From Escherichia phage AV101, in the sequence record OQ973471.1: a DNA stretch of 64,000 nt; one strand, given 5' to 3'. Made by a program: the position numbers and the translations under genes. The notes under the pieces are model-generated. The model had not been told where the DNA came from. It was given only the letters and a program-made list of their open reading frames with translations, and did no database searches. Positions 8,499 to 17,797 of this stretch are shown in pieces (within the stretch, counting starts at the first letter, position 1; each line of letters opens with the position of its first letter).

Positions 8499-8870
8499 TT
8501 ATTTCAGGAGTGCTTCCAGTTCTTCAACAGATTTGCTTTCCAGCTCTTGCTGTTTCTTACGCTGGATCAGCTCCAGGATAACCTGGTTGTTCGCCTTACG
8601 CTCTGCCGCTTCTCTGCTGTCGTCACGTTCTTTCAGCTTAACGCCGATGATGTGCTTGACAACGTCGAAGCGCAGCTGCAGTTCGGAGTCAACGTTGCTT
8701 TTGGTACCAATGAAATCTTCTTCATCGGTTTCTGCTGCTTTCACCTGACGGCTCAGACCTTTCGCCATTTCGTTCAGGGCAGTCAGGCTCAGGTCCCAGA
8801 CCTGCTCAATAGACAGCAGACCTTTGTTAGACTCGAAGCGCAGTTTCATACGGGTTGCTTTATCAAACAT
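8499..8870 (-). CDS. hypothetical protein
   Basis: 123-aa ORF, ATG start, GAGGA RBS 9 nt upstream. Confidence 0.5.
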   Translation of the reverse strand: MFDKATRMKLRFESNKGLLSIEQVWDLSLTALNEMAKGLSRQVKAAETDEEDFIGTKSNVDSELQLRFDVVKHIIGVKLKERDDSREAAERKANNQVILELIQRKKQQELESKSVEELEALLK

Positions 8871-8914
8871 TTTACTATCCTCAATGATGAATGGGTTACA
8901 ATTTCAAATCAGGT

Positions 8915-10933
8915 TTAGAACACAACTTTCACAGTGCGGTTGAACGAACCGCTCACCTTCACGAACACGTGGTTGCGTTGGGTGGTAGAGAAGCCCAGAC
9001 CGGACAGCTGCTCAGTGCTTGGCTGTACTTTAATCTTACCACCTAACATTTCAAAAACCTTGCGGTGTTTATCAAGTTCCGGCTTCAGATATTCGTTATA
9101 GAAACCACGGGTGCCGACAGGGTTAGCACAACCTTCCAGGATGAAGAACACGTGCTTGTTGCCAGTCTGCTCGCCGTCCCAATGGTTTGGTGAGTTCAGA
9201 ACCAGCTGTACCTTCTGGAAGACGGAGGTCTTGATGCCCCAGATTTCCTGAGAGCGAGCGTCGTCTTTCAGGGTAGAACGGATGTCTACCACTTGTCCAG
9301 CGCGGACATCAATCACAACAGCCAGAGTGCGATCTTTGTGCTTCAGGCCAGGATGCGAAAAACGCTTGGTCTGGCCTTTGTATTCAACTTCGATTTCGAA
9401 GCCCATATCACAGGTTTCACGCTGGCTGAAGTTAGTGACATAGAACTCGTACAGACCATCACGCAGCTTGCGTTCATCGCTGAAGAAGATGTTCTCCACC
9501 GGACGGCGGTTTGGATCAATGCCGTCCATACCGTTCATGTCGATGTCTAGAGTTGCGCCAGTTGTCGAACGACGGTTGTGATAATACACGTGGTTGTGAA
9601 GAGGATCGTTCAGGCTCAGATCCAGGTCGTCGTTGTTATGCCAAGCCAGTGACACACGGAGGAAGCTGTCGACATTGCCGCCTGCGGTCTTCACGCGCTC
9701 TTTGATGGAGTCGGCCACTTCGCCATTGTACGACCAGCTGAAGCCGTTGTTCCACTTGAACAGGTTAGGAGCGCCTGCGGTGGCCGGAGCGATCAGGGAC
9801 ATCAGGTTGCCAATGTGAGAGTTTTCGACCAGCACTTCCAGGGAATGCGCCTTTGGCAACACGTTGGTCAGGAAGTCGTCGATCGTGATCTCTTCAACCT
9901 TGTCCAGGGACTTGGTCGGAGTCTTCACTTCAGACGCCAGCTGAGCAAACGGGTCCATCTTCTTCTGAGCTGCTAGGTCGGCGAACAGAACGTTGTTGAT
10001 GGTCAGATCGTCATACACGGCATAACGGCGACCCAGTGAATCAGTCAGACCCAGCGCTTCGACTTCTTTCTGCGCGTTTTCAATCATCGACTTCGTGACC
10101 AGCGCGGTTGGGCGCTTGTAGTTCGTCGGAGCGACTTTGGCTTCAAAGGACTTCACGGCGGTTTCCAGATCCCGACCTTCATTGAGGTCTACCAGCAGAG
10201 AGCCAATCACGGTATTACGAATGCCGTGAGGGGTATGACCGTTTGCACGGTAGCCAGTGCGCCAAGCCCACAGAGCGCGTTTCTCTTCTGCAGTTTGTTC
10301 GTACAGGGTCTTGTTCACCACGAACGCCTGCACTGCCGCTTTGTGCTCTTCACCGCGATACAGAGAATTCTGGTCAATCAATTCAAGAACGATTTCAGCC
10401 GATTCCAGAGACAGTTCACGCAGGCCGCGCTCAAACACTTCAATCGCCTGGCGGATTTCACCCTTCTTAGAAGCGATGGTATCTGCCCGCAGAACATAGC
10501 TGCTCAGCAGGTCGGTGTGGAAGTGGTTGTAGGTGCGGACAATACCGTCTTTCATTTCGTGATTCGACCCAACACCAACTTTCTTGGTGTCGTTGAAGTA
10601 CACATCGACGATTGCGTGCTGCTTAACATATGCTGACAGCGCCGCAGCGACAACGTCGTATTCGTTACCCAGCTGAATGTTATCCCAGATAGAGATCACG
10701 TTCAGGTCGGAGTCGATGGTGACCACACCGCCGATATTACGGATGAATTGTTTACAGCAGGTACAGTCGTGTTCGGTACGCTCACGATAAAGCGGGTTAG
10801 TGCCAGCAGGGAAAGAAGACAGATACAGATCCCACAGAGCATCTTTATCGATGTTGGTCATGAACAGACCAGTTGCTGACATGGCCAGCACATTATTGTT
10901 TACGGCTACTGCGAAGGGCTTAAATTCTGACAT
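8915..10933 (-). CDS. large uncharacterised protein (672 aa)
   Basis: Long ORF with AGGAAG RBS; N-terminal HDCTCC cysteine cluster; no family recognised by eye. Confidence 0.6.
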   Translation of the reverse strand: MSEFKPFAVAVNNNVLAMSATGLFMTNIDKDALWDLYLSSFPAGTNPLYRERTEHDCTCCKQFIRNIGGVVTIDSDLNVISIWDNIQLGNEYDVVAAALSAYVKQHAIVDVYFNDTKKVGVGSNHEMKDGIVRTYNHFHTDLLSSYVLRADTIASKKGEIRQAIEVFERGLRELSLESAEIVLELIDQNSLYRGEEHKAAVQAFVVNKTLYEQTAEEKRALWAWRTGYRANGHTPHGIRNTVIGSLLVDLNEGRDLETAVKSFEAKVAPTNYKRPTALVTKSMIENAQKEVEALGLTDSLGRRYAVYDDLTINNVLFADLAAQKKMDPFAQLASEVKTPTKSLDKVEEITIDDFLTNVLPKAHSLEVLVENSHIGNLMSLIAPATAGAPNLFKWNNGFSWSYNGEVADSIKERVKTAGGNVDSFLRVSLAWHNNDDLDLSLNDPLHNHVYYHNRRSTTGATLDIDMNGMDGIDPNRRPVENIFFSDERKLRDGLYEFYVTNFSQRETCDMGFEIEVEYKGQTKRFSHPGLKHKDRTLAVVIDVRAGQVVDIRSTLKDDARSQEIWGIKTSVFQKVQLVLNSPNHWDGEQTGNKHVFFILEGCANPVGTRGFYNEYLKPELDKHRKVFEMLGGKIKVQPSTEQLSGLGFSTTQRNHVFVKVSGSFNRTVKVVF

Positions 10934-11052
10934 GATGTAGTCTTCCTGTTTCAGTTCAAATGTGCGCCCCGTTTGCCAGGGCGCTTCGTTTAAGTGAGGT
11001 CAATAATACGTTGAAAAAAGTTATTGAAGAATGAAGTAAAGGGAATCTTTAT

Positions 11053-11277
11053 TCAGACGATCTTACCACCGTCACAAGGCCGAGTATCACCGGAGTTGTA
11101 TGCCAGCATCCCCTGCATCAACAAACGTCTTGGCCCAGAAACTGATTTCTGTTTCCTCAACGTACTGCAGAACCGAGTAGTGCCTGGGTAAGGAGTGTAC
11201 ACGAGACGACCTTGCATACGAGCTTCCAGTAGGAATTCATCTGTGGCTTTGCGTAACTTGAATAATTTCCAGCTCAT
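11053..11277 (-). CDS. hypothetical protein (doubtful)
   Basis: 74-aa ORF with ATGA overlap to the HNH gene stop; no other support. Confidence 0.25.
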   Translation of the reverse strand: MSWKLFKLRKATDEFLLEARMQGRLVYTPYPGTTRFCSTLRKQKSVSGPRRLLMQGMLAYNSGDTRPCDGGKIV

Positions 11278-12203
11278 TTTTCACCCTTGTATCTTTTTAA
11301 CCATTTGACGCATTTTAATGGTTCCCACCCTTTATTGAAACGTTCGATAATGCTGTTTGTCGCATTAAAAGCCTTCAAATCCTTTGTTCCGTACACATGC
11401 ATGAGGGCTTCCGCTCTTTTCATCGTCTTCAAAGATTGCATAAGCAAATCAGCTTTTGACCAATACACATCATTTTCGGGGTTCCATTTCGCTTTCTCCC
11501 AAGGCAACTTCACTAACATACCTTTCTGGGCGTTTTCTTTCTGTTTGGCTCGTTGTTCCGGTGTGAAAGAATTGGTTAAGTCCTTCCCATAATTGGGATT
11601 GAGTTTCCCGAGTTTTGCTTGTCTAGAACGCTCCGAAAATTGCTTCAAATCTGTATTGGCGCGACGCCGCTCTAAAACCTGCCTTTTATATTCAGGGTCA
11701 GAAGCCATTCTTTCATGGATTTTCATCAATCCTTTGGTAATTTTCTTGACTTGCTCTGGAGTTCTCTTATATCCATATTGGGGGTTATTCTTTCCTCTCC
11801 TTCCGTACATTGGGTTGTCTTTACCCACAAACCGAGAAACCCCTTTCCATTGTAAAGATAGTTGTTCGCTGAATTTAATTCTGAAACTTTCATATAAATG
11901 AGAATTAAACCGAATCCCCGATTTATTTCTTCTTCCCCCCTTTCTCATAGCCACCACAGCATACACCATTCTCGTGTTTGGGAAAGCCAATGCCAAGCAC
12001 AAATGCACAAGATAATGTTGCCTGCCTGTTAATCGAACCAAATTGTTCTTATCTTTAAAATATTCAGGGAACATGCTCTTGGGAAGGATGTGGTGTAATT
12101 CAGTGTAGTCACCATCAGAATATTTGAAAGATTGAACCATCCTCAAATACTTCTTGATGAAATGCGGTTTACCGCCTTTAGAAACCAACAATTCATAAAA
12201 CAT
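11274..12203 (-). CDS. HNH homing endonuclease with NUMOD3-like repeats
   Basis: HNH core ELHHILPKSMFPEY...NLVRLTGRQHYLVH; repeated GKDNPMYG / GKNNPQYG / KLNPNYGKD motifs; AT-rich codon usage unlike neighbours. Confidence 0.8.
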   Translation of the reverse strand: MFYELLVSKGGKPHFIKKYLRMVQSFKYSDGDYTELHHILPKSMFPEYFKDKNNLVRLTGRQHYLVHLCLALAFPNTRMVYAVVAMRKGGRRNKSGIRFNSHLYESFRIKFSEQLSLQWKGVSRFVGKDNPMYGRRGKNNPQYGYKRTPEQVKKITKGLMKIHERMASDPEYKRQVLERRRANTDLKQFSERSRQAKLGKLNPNYGKDLTNSFTPEQRAKQKENAQKGMLVKLPWEKAKWNPENDVYWSKADLLMQSLKTMKRAEALMHVYGTKDLKAFNATNSIIERFNKGWEPLKCVKWLKRYKGEK

Positions 12204-12234
12204 AACAGGAACTCCAAAAATGAAAGTTCCTGTT
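12204..12234 (-). promoter_or_regulatory. inverted repeat spanning the RBS of the HNH endonuclease gene
   Basis: AACAGGAAC-(13 nt)-GTTCCTGTT lies immediately 5' of the ATG and includes the GGAG Shine-Dalgarno. Confidence 0.45.
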
Positions 12235-12264
12235 ATAATATACTTTGTTAACTCACAAAGTAAG

Positions 12265-13464
12265 TTACTTTTTAAATAAATTTAGCAGGTTTTTAGAACC
12301 AGATGTCGTCGCTTTAGGTTGTCCTTCCCCATCGTAACCAACCTTCCCGCGCGGTTTTTTGCCTTGGTTGACGGCTTCTACACAACGGGTATATTTCGAC
12401 AATTCACAAAAGTGGTTCTCTAATTGTTGAACATTCATACACTGATCCCAAGGCTCTTCGGCCGACCAAAATTCTTCCCTGTTATACCCAAGAGGACCAT
12501 AAACTGCGTCCTGATTATCCCGTAGCCAGAAGATGCATTCTTCGTGGGTCATACCGTCTTTGTTCAGGAACATCAGGTCGATGCCTGCGCGACAGCCTGG
12601 TCCAGCAACCGTGAAGTGGTTCTCGCTGAAAGGATATCCAGGAATGTACGTGAAATCAACCCAGATCTGATAGGCCAGGAATGGACCAAGCCCTTCGATG
12701 TCGTCATACATGCGCTGGTATACTTCCAGAGGAGTACCAAGGCGCAGCAAGTCATGGAAATAGTTTGGATACTTGTTGACGAATGCCTTCAGAGAACGGA
12801 TAACACGCATCGGCATGTATGGTTCCCATCCCTCGATGGTATATTCACCAGGATTCTCTTCGACCAGCTTTTTGGCGACCTTGTAGTCCATCTCGTCCAC
12901 AATACCCTGGCCAACGCGATACACTTTCACCATCATCCCACCGAAGCACTGCTCCTTGTGGTTGACAACCATCTCAGGGAAAGCCAGGCATTGCTTCAGG
13001 CCGCCCGTGTTGAAGGCATTGGTGAATACCTTACCACCGTCGGCCTCGAACTTCTGAAGTCGTTCGCGGGTTGCATCGAGGTTGATCTCGGCGAATTCTT
13101 TGATCGTCATCGCGCCGCCGATAGCCTGGATTGGATCCCAGAGGTTGAACATGCGGAACATCACGCAGTTGAACATCTTGTCGGCCATACCCAGAGCATC
13201 GTTGTTGACGATGTTGTTGATCAGGTTGAGAGACTGTCTGTCGTGCTCTCTCCGGACGTTACAGAATTTAACCTGGCGTAGTATGGGATTATCAGTCCAA
13301 GGAGCAGGAAGGCGCTGGACGTCCTTCTTGACGTGGATCTGATAACGATCGCGCATCCATTCGTAAGACAGGCTGGTATGGGTCGGACTGAGAACCGGTT
13401 TGGCCGACTTTATCTTTTCTTCACGGACACCGCAGTACGGGACGTCCAGGGCTTTATCTTTCAT
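12265..13464 (-). CDS. hypothetical protein (399 aa)
   Basis: ORF with AAGAGGA RBS; sits where T4 has DNA polymerase gene 43 relative to regA. Confidence 0.6.
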   Translation of the reverse strand: MKDKALDVPYCGVREEKIKSAKPVLSPTHTSLSYEWMRDRYQIHVKKDVQRLPAPWTDNPILRQVKFCNVRREHDRQSLNLINNIVNNDALGMADKMFNCVMFRMFNLWDPIQAIGGAMTIKEFAEINLDATRERLQKFEADGGKVFTNAFNTGGLKQCLAFPEMVVNHKEQCFGGMMVKVYRVGQGIVDEMDYKVAKKLVEENPGEYTIEGWEPYMPMRVIRSLKAFVNKYPNYFHDLLRLGTPLEVYQRMYDDIEGLGPFLAYQIWVDFTYIPGYPFSENHFTVAGPGCRAGIDLMFLNKDGMTHEECIFWLRDNQDAVYGPLGYNREEFWSAEEPWDQCMNVQQLENHFCELSKYTRCVEAVNQGKKPRGKVGYDGEGQPKATTSGSKNLLNLFKK

Positions 13465-13482
13465 GGTATCCTCTTAGAATAC

Positions 13483-13512
13483 GAAAACAGAGGCCATTAT
13501 AGCCTCTGTTGT
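13483..13512 (-). terminator. rho-independent terminator
   Basis: Hairpin ACAGAGGC-TATAATG-GCCTCTGT followed by TTTTCGTATT on the minus strand. Confidence 0.5.
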
Positions 13513-13532
13513 TTAGTGAATAACCGTATATC

Positions 13533-14405
13533 TTAATCGATACGGGTCAGTTGGGTGATAGATGATTGCACTGGGCTGGCCACATAGATACGGACGTTGG
13601 CTTTCCATTCACCCCAGATCAACGGCAGAGTTGGGAAGTTGTCTTCATTGAAAACAAACACGGGAATGTAGCTCTCGACTGTTTCGCCAGAGAACGCCTG
13701 AAAGCCCATCTTGGTGTATCCCATGATCTCGTCAATAAAATCGAACGGAGCGAAGGCAACACCAGCGTGTTCGTTAGAACCGAGCTGGCCTGGAATGGCC
13801 GTGCCCGTCAGAATGATTTCGGTGATCTGGCGCTTAGGCTCGGTGGTCAACATATCAGAGAAGTCAGGCTCTTTGAAGGTTGCCATGTTCTTCAGGAACT
13901 TGCCAGCCGGGTACTCTTTGCCGTCGACAGTGATGGTGTCCACCACTTTGATGCACGCCTGAGGGAATTCCCCTTCGATGCGTAGACTTTCGCGTGGGAA
14001 TCCTTTGTTATAGTAATACTCCAGCGCTGGAACAACTTCACCTTCATTGCGAACGAACTTGCTCATGTTAGAGGCATACACGCGTTGTAGGCATTCGTCA
14101 CCGTCGAAACCAGCAATATGAGCCACACCGTCGTTGACAGTGGTGATGTCGCCCTGGGCATCCATGATCTGGCGCATAATGTCTTTGATGTCGACAACAA
14201 CGGGTTCTTTCAGGACTCGCGGAGATGCAGTGAACTCAATTTTCACCTCGTGGTCGAAATACACCGCTTCCAGCAGTTCACGGGTTTCTTCCAGCACCAG
14301 TTTCGCCTGATTGCGGATCTTACCAAAGTCAGGCGATGTGACGTCGCCCTTTGCATTACCGAAAGCCAGATTCAGATTCACGTTCTTAGAAAATGTAGTT
14401 GTCAT
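13533..14405 (-). CDS. hypothetical protein (290 aa), possible MazG-like NTP pyrophosphohydrolase N-terminal region
   Basis: LVLEETRELLEAVYF resembles the EExxE..EA helix of MazG/HisE-type enzymes; weak, by eye only. Confidence 0.45.
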   Translation of the reverse strand: MTTTFSKNVNLNLAFGNAKGDVTSPDFGKIRNQAKLVLEETRELLEAVYFDHEVKIEFTASPRVLKEPVVVDIKDIMRQIMDAQGDITTVNDGVAHIAGFDGDECLQRVYASNMSKFVRNEGEVVPALEYYYNKGFPRESLRIEGEFPQACIKVVDTITVDGKEYPAGKFLKNMATFKEPDFSDMLTTEPKRQITEIILTGTAIPGQLGSNEHAGVAFAPFDFIDEIMGYTKMGFQAFSGETVESYIPVFVFNEDNFPTLPLIWGEWKANVRIYVASPVQSSITQLTRID

Positions 14406-14421
14406 GATTTAGCGACTCCAG

Positions 14422-14817
14422 TTATTCGCTTTTTGCCTTCGTAGGCCGGATGATGTATTTTGGAACCAGCTTCCATTCAGGAACCTGATCGTGTTTAACC
14501 ACTTTAATGCGAGACATATCGGCTGCTTCGGTGACCTGCTCAGGATGAATGACCTTCACCATGTTCCACTGCTCCAGCAGCTTGATGATTCGGTTCATCC
14601 TCAGGACATCTTCGCGGTTAAATCCGTTGTAATGCCCGTCCAGCATAAATAGATGCTTAAAGTGGACGATATAATACTTGCCGCACTTATGAAGAATATG
14701 GCAAGTTTGATACAGAGTATTCGGCTCTTGGCGCGTGTTTACCCCAATTCGACTCAGTGTTTCCTTGATCCCCAGGAATATACCTGGCCGATCTTGGTTC
14801 AATTGAACTTCAACCAT
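14422..14817 (-). CDS. regA: translational repressor RegA
   Basis: LYQTCHILHKCGKYYIVHFKHL and EWKLVPKYIIRP match T4 RegA (LYQSCHILQKKGLYYIVHFKEM, HEWKLVPKYTIG); GGAG RBS; sits beside the clamp-loader genes as in T4. Confidence 0.8.
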   Translation of the reverse strand: MVEVQLNQDRPGIFLGIKETLSRIGVNTRQEPNTLYQTCHILHKCGKYYIVHFKHLFMLDGHYNGFNREDVLRMNRIIKLLEQWNMVKVIHPEQVTEAADMSRIKVVKHDQVPEWKLVPKYIIRPTKAKSE

Positions 14818-14915
14818 ACAATCAACGATGCTGGCCTCATCGTTGACTGCTGAAATATTCAATATGTCTAGCGTATTACGCGCCATGACTCATTCCCCTT
14901 TTACAATAGTTTGAA

Positions 14916-15338
14916 CTACTTAGCCTTGCGCGGTTTCGCTTTGGCGTTCAGCTCAGTGCGTCTCATCTTCTCGCGTATCTCGGCCAGGACTTCCTTCGGC
15001 AAGAAACGGACGTACTCCGATGCCTTCTCCATGCTGATGTAGAAGTACTCTGAGAGTAACTTCACGTCAGGATCAATCGGACCTTTCTTAGACCATTTGT
15101 CGTAGCGTTTCCGAGCCGGAATGGTGTAAAAGGCATATGACCATTGCATCCATGGAGTGATAGCATGTAGCTTATTCATCTGTTGCGCAGCCACTAGAGT
15201 GTCTTTGCTCTGAGCTAAACCACGCCGCGTCATAAACGGGTCGAATCCTTTCAACACTTCTGGGTCATCAGACCGCAAAAGGTTTTCTTTGCTGCTGTTC
15301 AGAGCAGACAGGTAATCGAACAATCCAAGGGCGGCCAT
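14916..15338 (-). CDS. clamp loader small subunit (T4 gp62-like)
   Basis: ARKRYDKWSKK resembles the T4 gp62 GKRYGKWAK segment; immediately downstream of the gp44-like gene; internal ATG start MAALGLF with GGAAGTGA RBS. Confidence 0.55.
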   Translation of the reverse strand: MAALGLFDYLSALNSSKENLLRSDDPEVLKGFDPFMTRRGLAQSKDTLVAAQQMNKLHAITPWMQWSYAFYTIPARKRYDKWSKKGPIDPDVKLLSEYFYISMEKASEYVRFLPKEVLAEIREKMRRTELNAKAKPRKAK

Positions 15339-15342
15339 AATA

Positions 15343-16332
15343 TCACTTCCACTTGATGTTGAGCATGACATTGGTCAGGAAAAACACAGCATGCAGCCAG
15401 ACATCGCCGACTTGACGGTGTTCAATCTGAGACTGACCACATACGCATACTAGATCAGGGATAGACTCATTCTGAACCAACATTTGCTTCTCTTTATCCT
15501 GTGGTACACAGAACTGGAAGAAGCGGGAATAGAAGTCTTCAGTGATATAGTTCTGGTTGTCGGTCACCCACTGCTTCATCCCAGCCCAGTCATTATCCTT
15601 CAACATATTCACCAACATGCCCATATCGGCCGATTTTAACACAGCCAGTGCACGTTCGTCGATCTTGCCGTAAGTGGTGACGTTATCCTGTAGAACACCC
15701 ATGATGCGGCGGTTATCAGGGAAATGGCGCTTGACAATAGCAGCCAACACAGGAGGGTCATACTCAACACCTTCGCAGCGAAGGATTTCAGCACAGCGGC
15801 GCATGAACTGAAGTTTGACCTCATCAGCCTCGGTCTCATTCCAGATAAAGTCGATTTCACGGCAACGAGAGCGCAGAGGTTCGTTCACACGTTGCTTGGC
15901 GTTGGTGGTCAAGATGAATGAACAGTTCTTGGAGACCTTCTCCACAATACCCTTCAGCGACTCCTGTGCCGCCATAGACAGACGCTCTACTTCGTCGAGG
16001 ATAACGACTTTGCGGCCACCGAATACGCTCACACCAGTAGAGTACTGAATCACGCGGTCACGGATAACGTCGATGCTGTTGTCCAGGGATGCGTTGATCA
16101 TCAGTGGTTGCTTACAACCGATTTCATTACACACGGCCAGGGCGGAGGTAGTCTTGCCAGTACCAGGCTGAGGAGAGTAGAACAGCATAGACGGGATGTT
16201 GCCGTTGCCGCTGGTGATGTAGCCATGGATTTTAGCGCGGACGTCTTGAGGGATGATAATCTCGTCCAGGTTGTCAGGGCGGTACTTGTTTTCCCATGCG
16301 TACTGGTCGGAAACGATAGTGATATTAGACAT
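15343..16332 (-). CDS. clamp loader large subunit (T4 gp44-like AAA+ ATPase)
   Basis: Walker A PQPGTGKTT, clamp-loader-type N-terminus ENKYRPDNLDEIIIPQ, Walker B ILDEVERL. Confidence 0.85.
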   Translation of the reverse strand: MSNITIVSDQYAWENKYRPDNLDEIIIPQDVRAKIHGYITSGNGNIPSMLFYSPQPGTGKTTSALAVCNEIGCKQPLMINASLDNSIDVIRDRVIQYSTGVSVFGGRKVVILDEVERLSMAAQESLKGIVEKVSKNCSFILTTNAKQRVNEPLRSRCREIDFIWNETEADEVKLQFMRRCAEILRCEGVEYDPPVLAAIVKRHFPDNRRIMGVLQDNVTTYGKIDERALAVLKSADMGMLVNMLKDNDWAGMKQWVTDNQNYITEDFYSRFFQFCVPQDKEKQMLVQNESIPDLVCVCGQSQIEHRQVGDVWLHAVFFLTNVMLNIKWK

Positions 16333-16355
16333 TTTCAGCCTCGTGTAGAAGAATC

Positions 16356-16400
16356 ATTTCAAATAGGCGGGGAACGCCCCCGCCCACACATTATAGCATC
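16356..16400. repeat. intergenic hairpin element, copy 3
   Basis: TTTCAAATAG-GCGGGGAACGCCCCCGCC-...TTATAG between the gp45-like and gp44-like genes. Confidence 0.5.
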
Positions 16401-16414
16401 AGGCTGGAGATTGA

Positions 16415-17083
16415 TTACTCAATCTGTGCGCCGACGAAGTAATTGATCGTCGCGTCGGATGATTGGAAGTTCACCATTTGTAGATCAGCACATGCACGCA
16501 GAGTGTAGTTGCCTTCGATCATTTTCAGGTTGGCAACATCCAGTGGCATTACGAAGTCCGGCAGCGCGGTTTCGCCCAGCTCAACAGTGTAGTTGTTGGA
16601 GTTGTCCAGGGTAGTGGTGGTTGCAACCAGGCGAGTTTTGCCACCCTGAGCAACCAGGCGCACAGTCTTGTGTCCGAGGGTAGAACAGGCGCGGGTCAGT
16701 TCTTTCATCTTCTCTGGAGTGATGATCGCTTCAAAGTCGACAGACGGCAGTTCAATAGTATCAGCCGGGACAACCGTGAGTTCTTTAGCAGAACGCCAGA
16801 ATTGCAGCTGAGAACTTTCGCCTTTCAACAGGATGTAGTCCTGATGGAATTCGGCTTTGGCACCTTTGAAGGAAGGTAGGCGCTGGATGGCCAGAAGTTT
16901 GGTCAGGTCCAGAATCGGGAACTCAAACGGGAAGTCTTCTTCGATCTGCGCCACGGCGATCACAGTAGAAGAATCATTAATACTGCGCAGCATCTTGCCC
17001 GGTGTCAGAACGATAGATGGGTTGATGGTCTCAAAGTTGGCCAGCAACTGAAGTGTACGTTCGGAGAGAGTGATCTCTTGCAT
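16415..17083 (-). CDS. sliding clamp (T4 gp45-like)
   Basis: TLQLLANFETINPSIVLTPG and VANLKMIEGNYTL resemble T4 gp45 (TTALLKNFATINSGIMLKSG, MANMKMQPGNYKL); 222 aa. Confidence 0.7.
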   Translation of the reverse strand: MQEITLSERTLQLLANFETINPSIVLTPGKMLRSINDSSTVIAVAQIEEDFPFEFPILDLTKLLAIQRLPSFKGAKAEFHQDYILLKGESSQLQFWRSAKELTVVPADTIELPSVDFEAIITPEKMKELTRACSTLGHKTVRLVAQGGKTRLVATTTTLDNSNNYTVELGETALPDFVMPLDVANLKMIEGNYTLRACADLQMVNFQSSDATINYFVGAQIE

Positions 17084-17099
17084 TTGTATGTATCCTCAA

Positions 17100-17425
17100 A
17101 ATATAGTGGGGGTTCAAGTCATGTTTGACGCAATCTAGTATCGCTGTGTTTTGCTTATAGAACAAGTGGCAAATTGCGCTACGCGTTATTAATAAATGCC
17201 TTCGGCATTTATGGACTTTATTAAAGATAATAATCTTTATTAATCCTATTCGCTTCGCTCATAAAACAAATACTCGTTGTTCGCTAACGCTCACAACTCG
17301 TATAATACCACGCCATTGTTCAACAAGAAAGCAGTTTTTATTCAACAGCAAAAATAATTTATTTGGTCTAAACATGCACGCGAAATAATATGTATGTCAT
17401 GTTAACCAACACACGAGAGTAATAT
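17100..17425. promoter_or_regulatory. AT-rich divergent intergenic region with promoter-like elements
   Basis: TATAAT at 17301-17306, MotA-box-like TTTGCTTAT near 17150, UUCG-loop hairpin AAATGCC-TTCG-GCATTT near 17197; separates divergent transcription units. Confidence 0.3.
17274..17300. repeat. conserved 27-nt box CTCGTTGTTCGCTAACGCTCACAACTCG (second copy at 61160-61187)
   Basis: Near-identical copy in another divergent intergenic region; internal GTTGT/ACAAC inverted symmetry. Confidence 0.5.
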
Positions 17426-17797
17426 ATGAAACAGTTCGTAGGATTATACGCAGTCGGGTGTAGTAAGCCAGACGCCAACCTCACCACAGATCAATTTACC
17501 ACAGGCACCCCAGTTTATCTGACACAACTGGCGTCAGACAAGAACTTACCATCGGAGCCGCGATTTGTCCCTATGGGGTTGATGACAGGTCTGAAAGTTG
17601 GTCTGTATGTCGGTGTGGTGACGTTTGAAAATGGCGTCGAAGCGAAAGTTCTGCCATTCAAATTGGGCAGCGAAGAAATGCTGAAGGATACGATCAGTGA
17701 ACACCTGAACGCACAATGTCTGGCTTCCCTGGACAAATTGTTCGGTGTAGTAACTGATGAAGGCGAGGCCACCCCCGCCTATGTGAATCAAGATTAA
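17426..17797 (+). CDS. hypothetical protein
   Basis: 123-aa plus-strand ORF with GAGAG RBS; convergent with the helicase gene. Confidence 0.45.
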   Translation: MKQFVGLYAVGCSKPDANLTTDQFTTGTPVYLTQLASDKNLPSEPRFVPMGLMTGLKVGLYVGVVTFENGVEAKVLPFKLGSEEMLKDTISEHLNAQCLASLDKLFGVVTDEGEATPAYVNQD

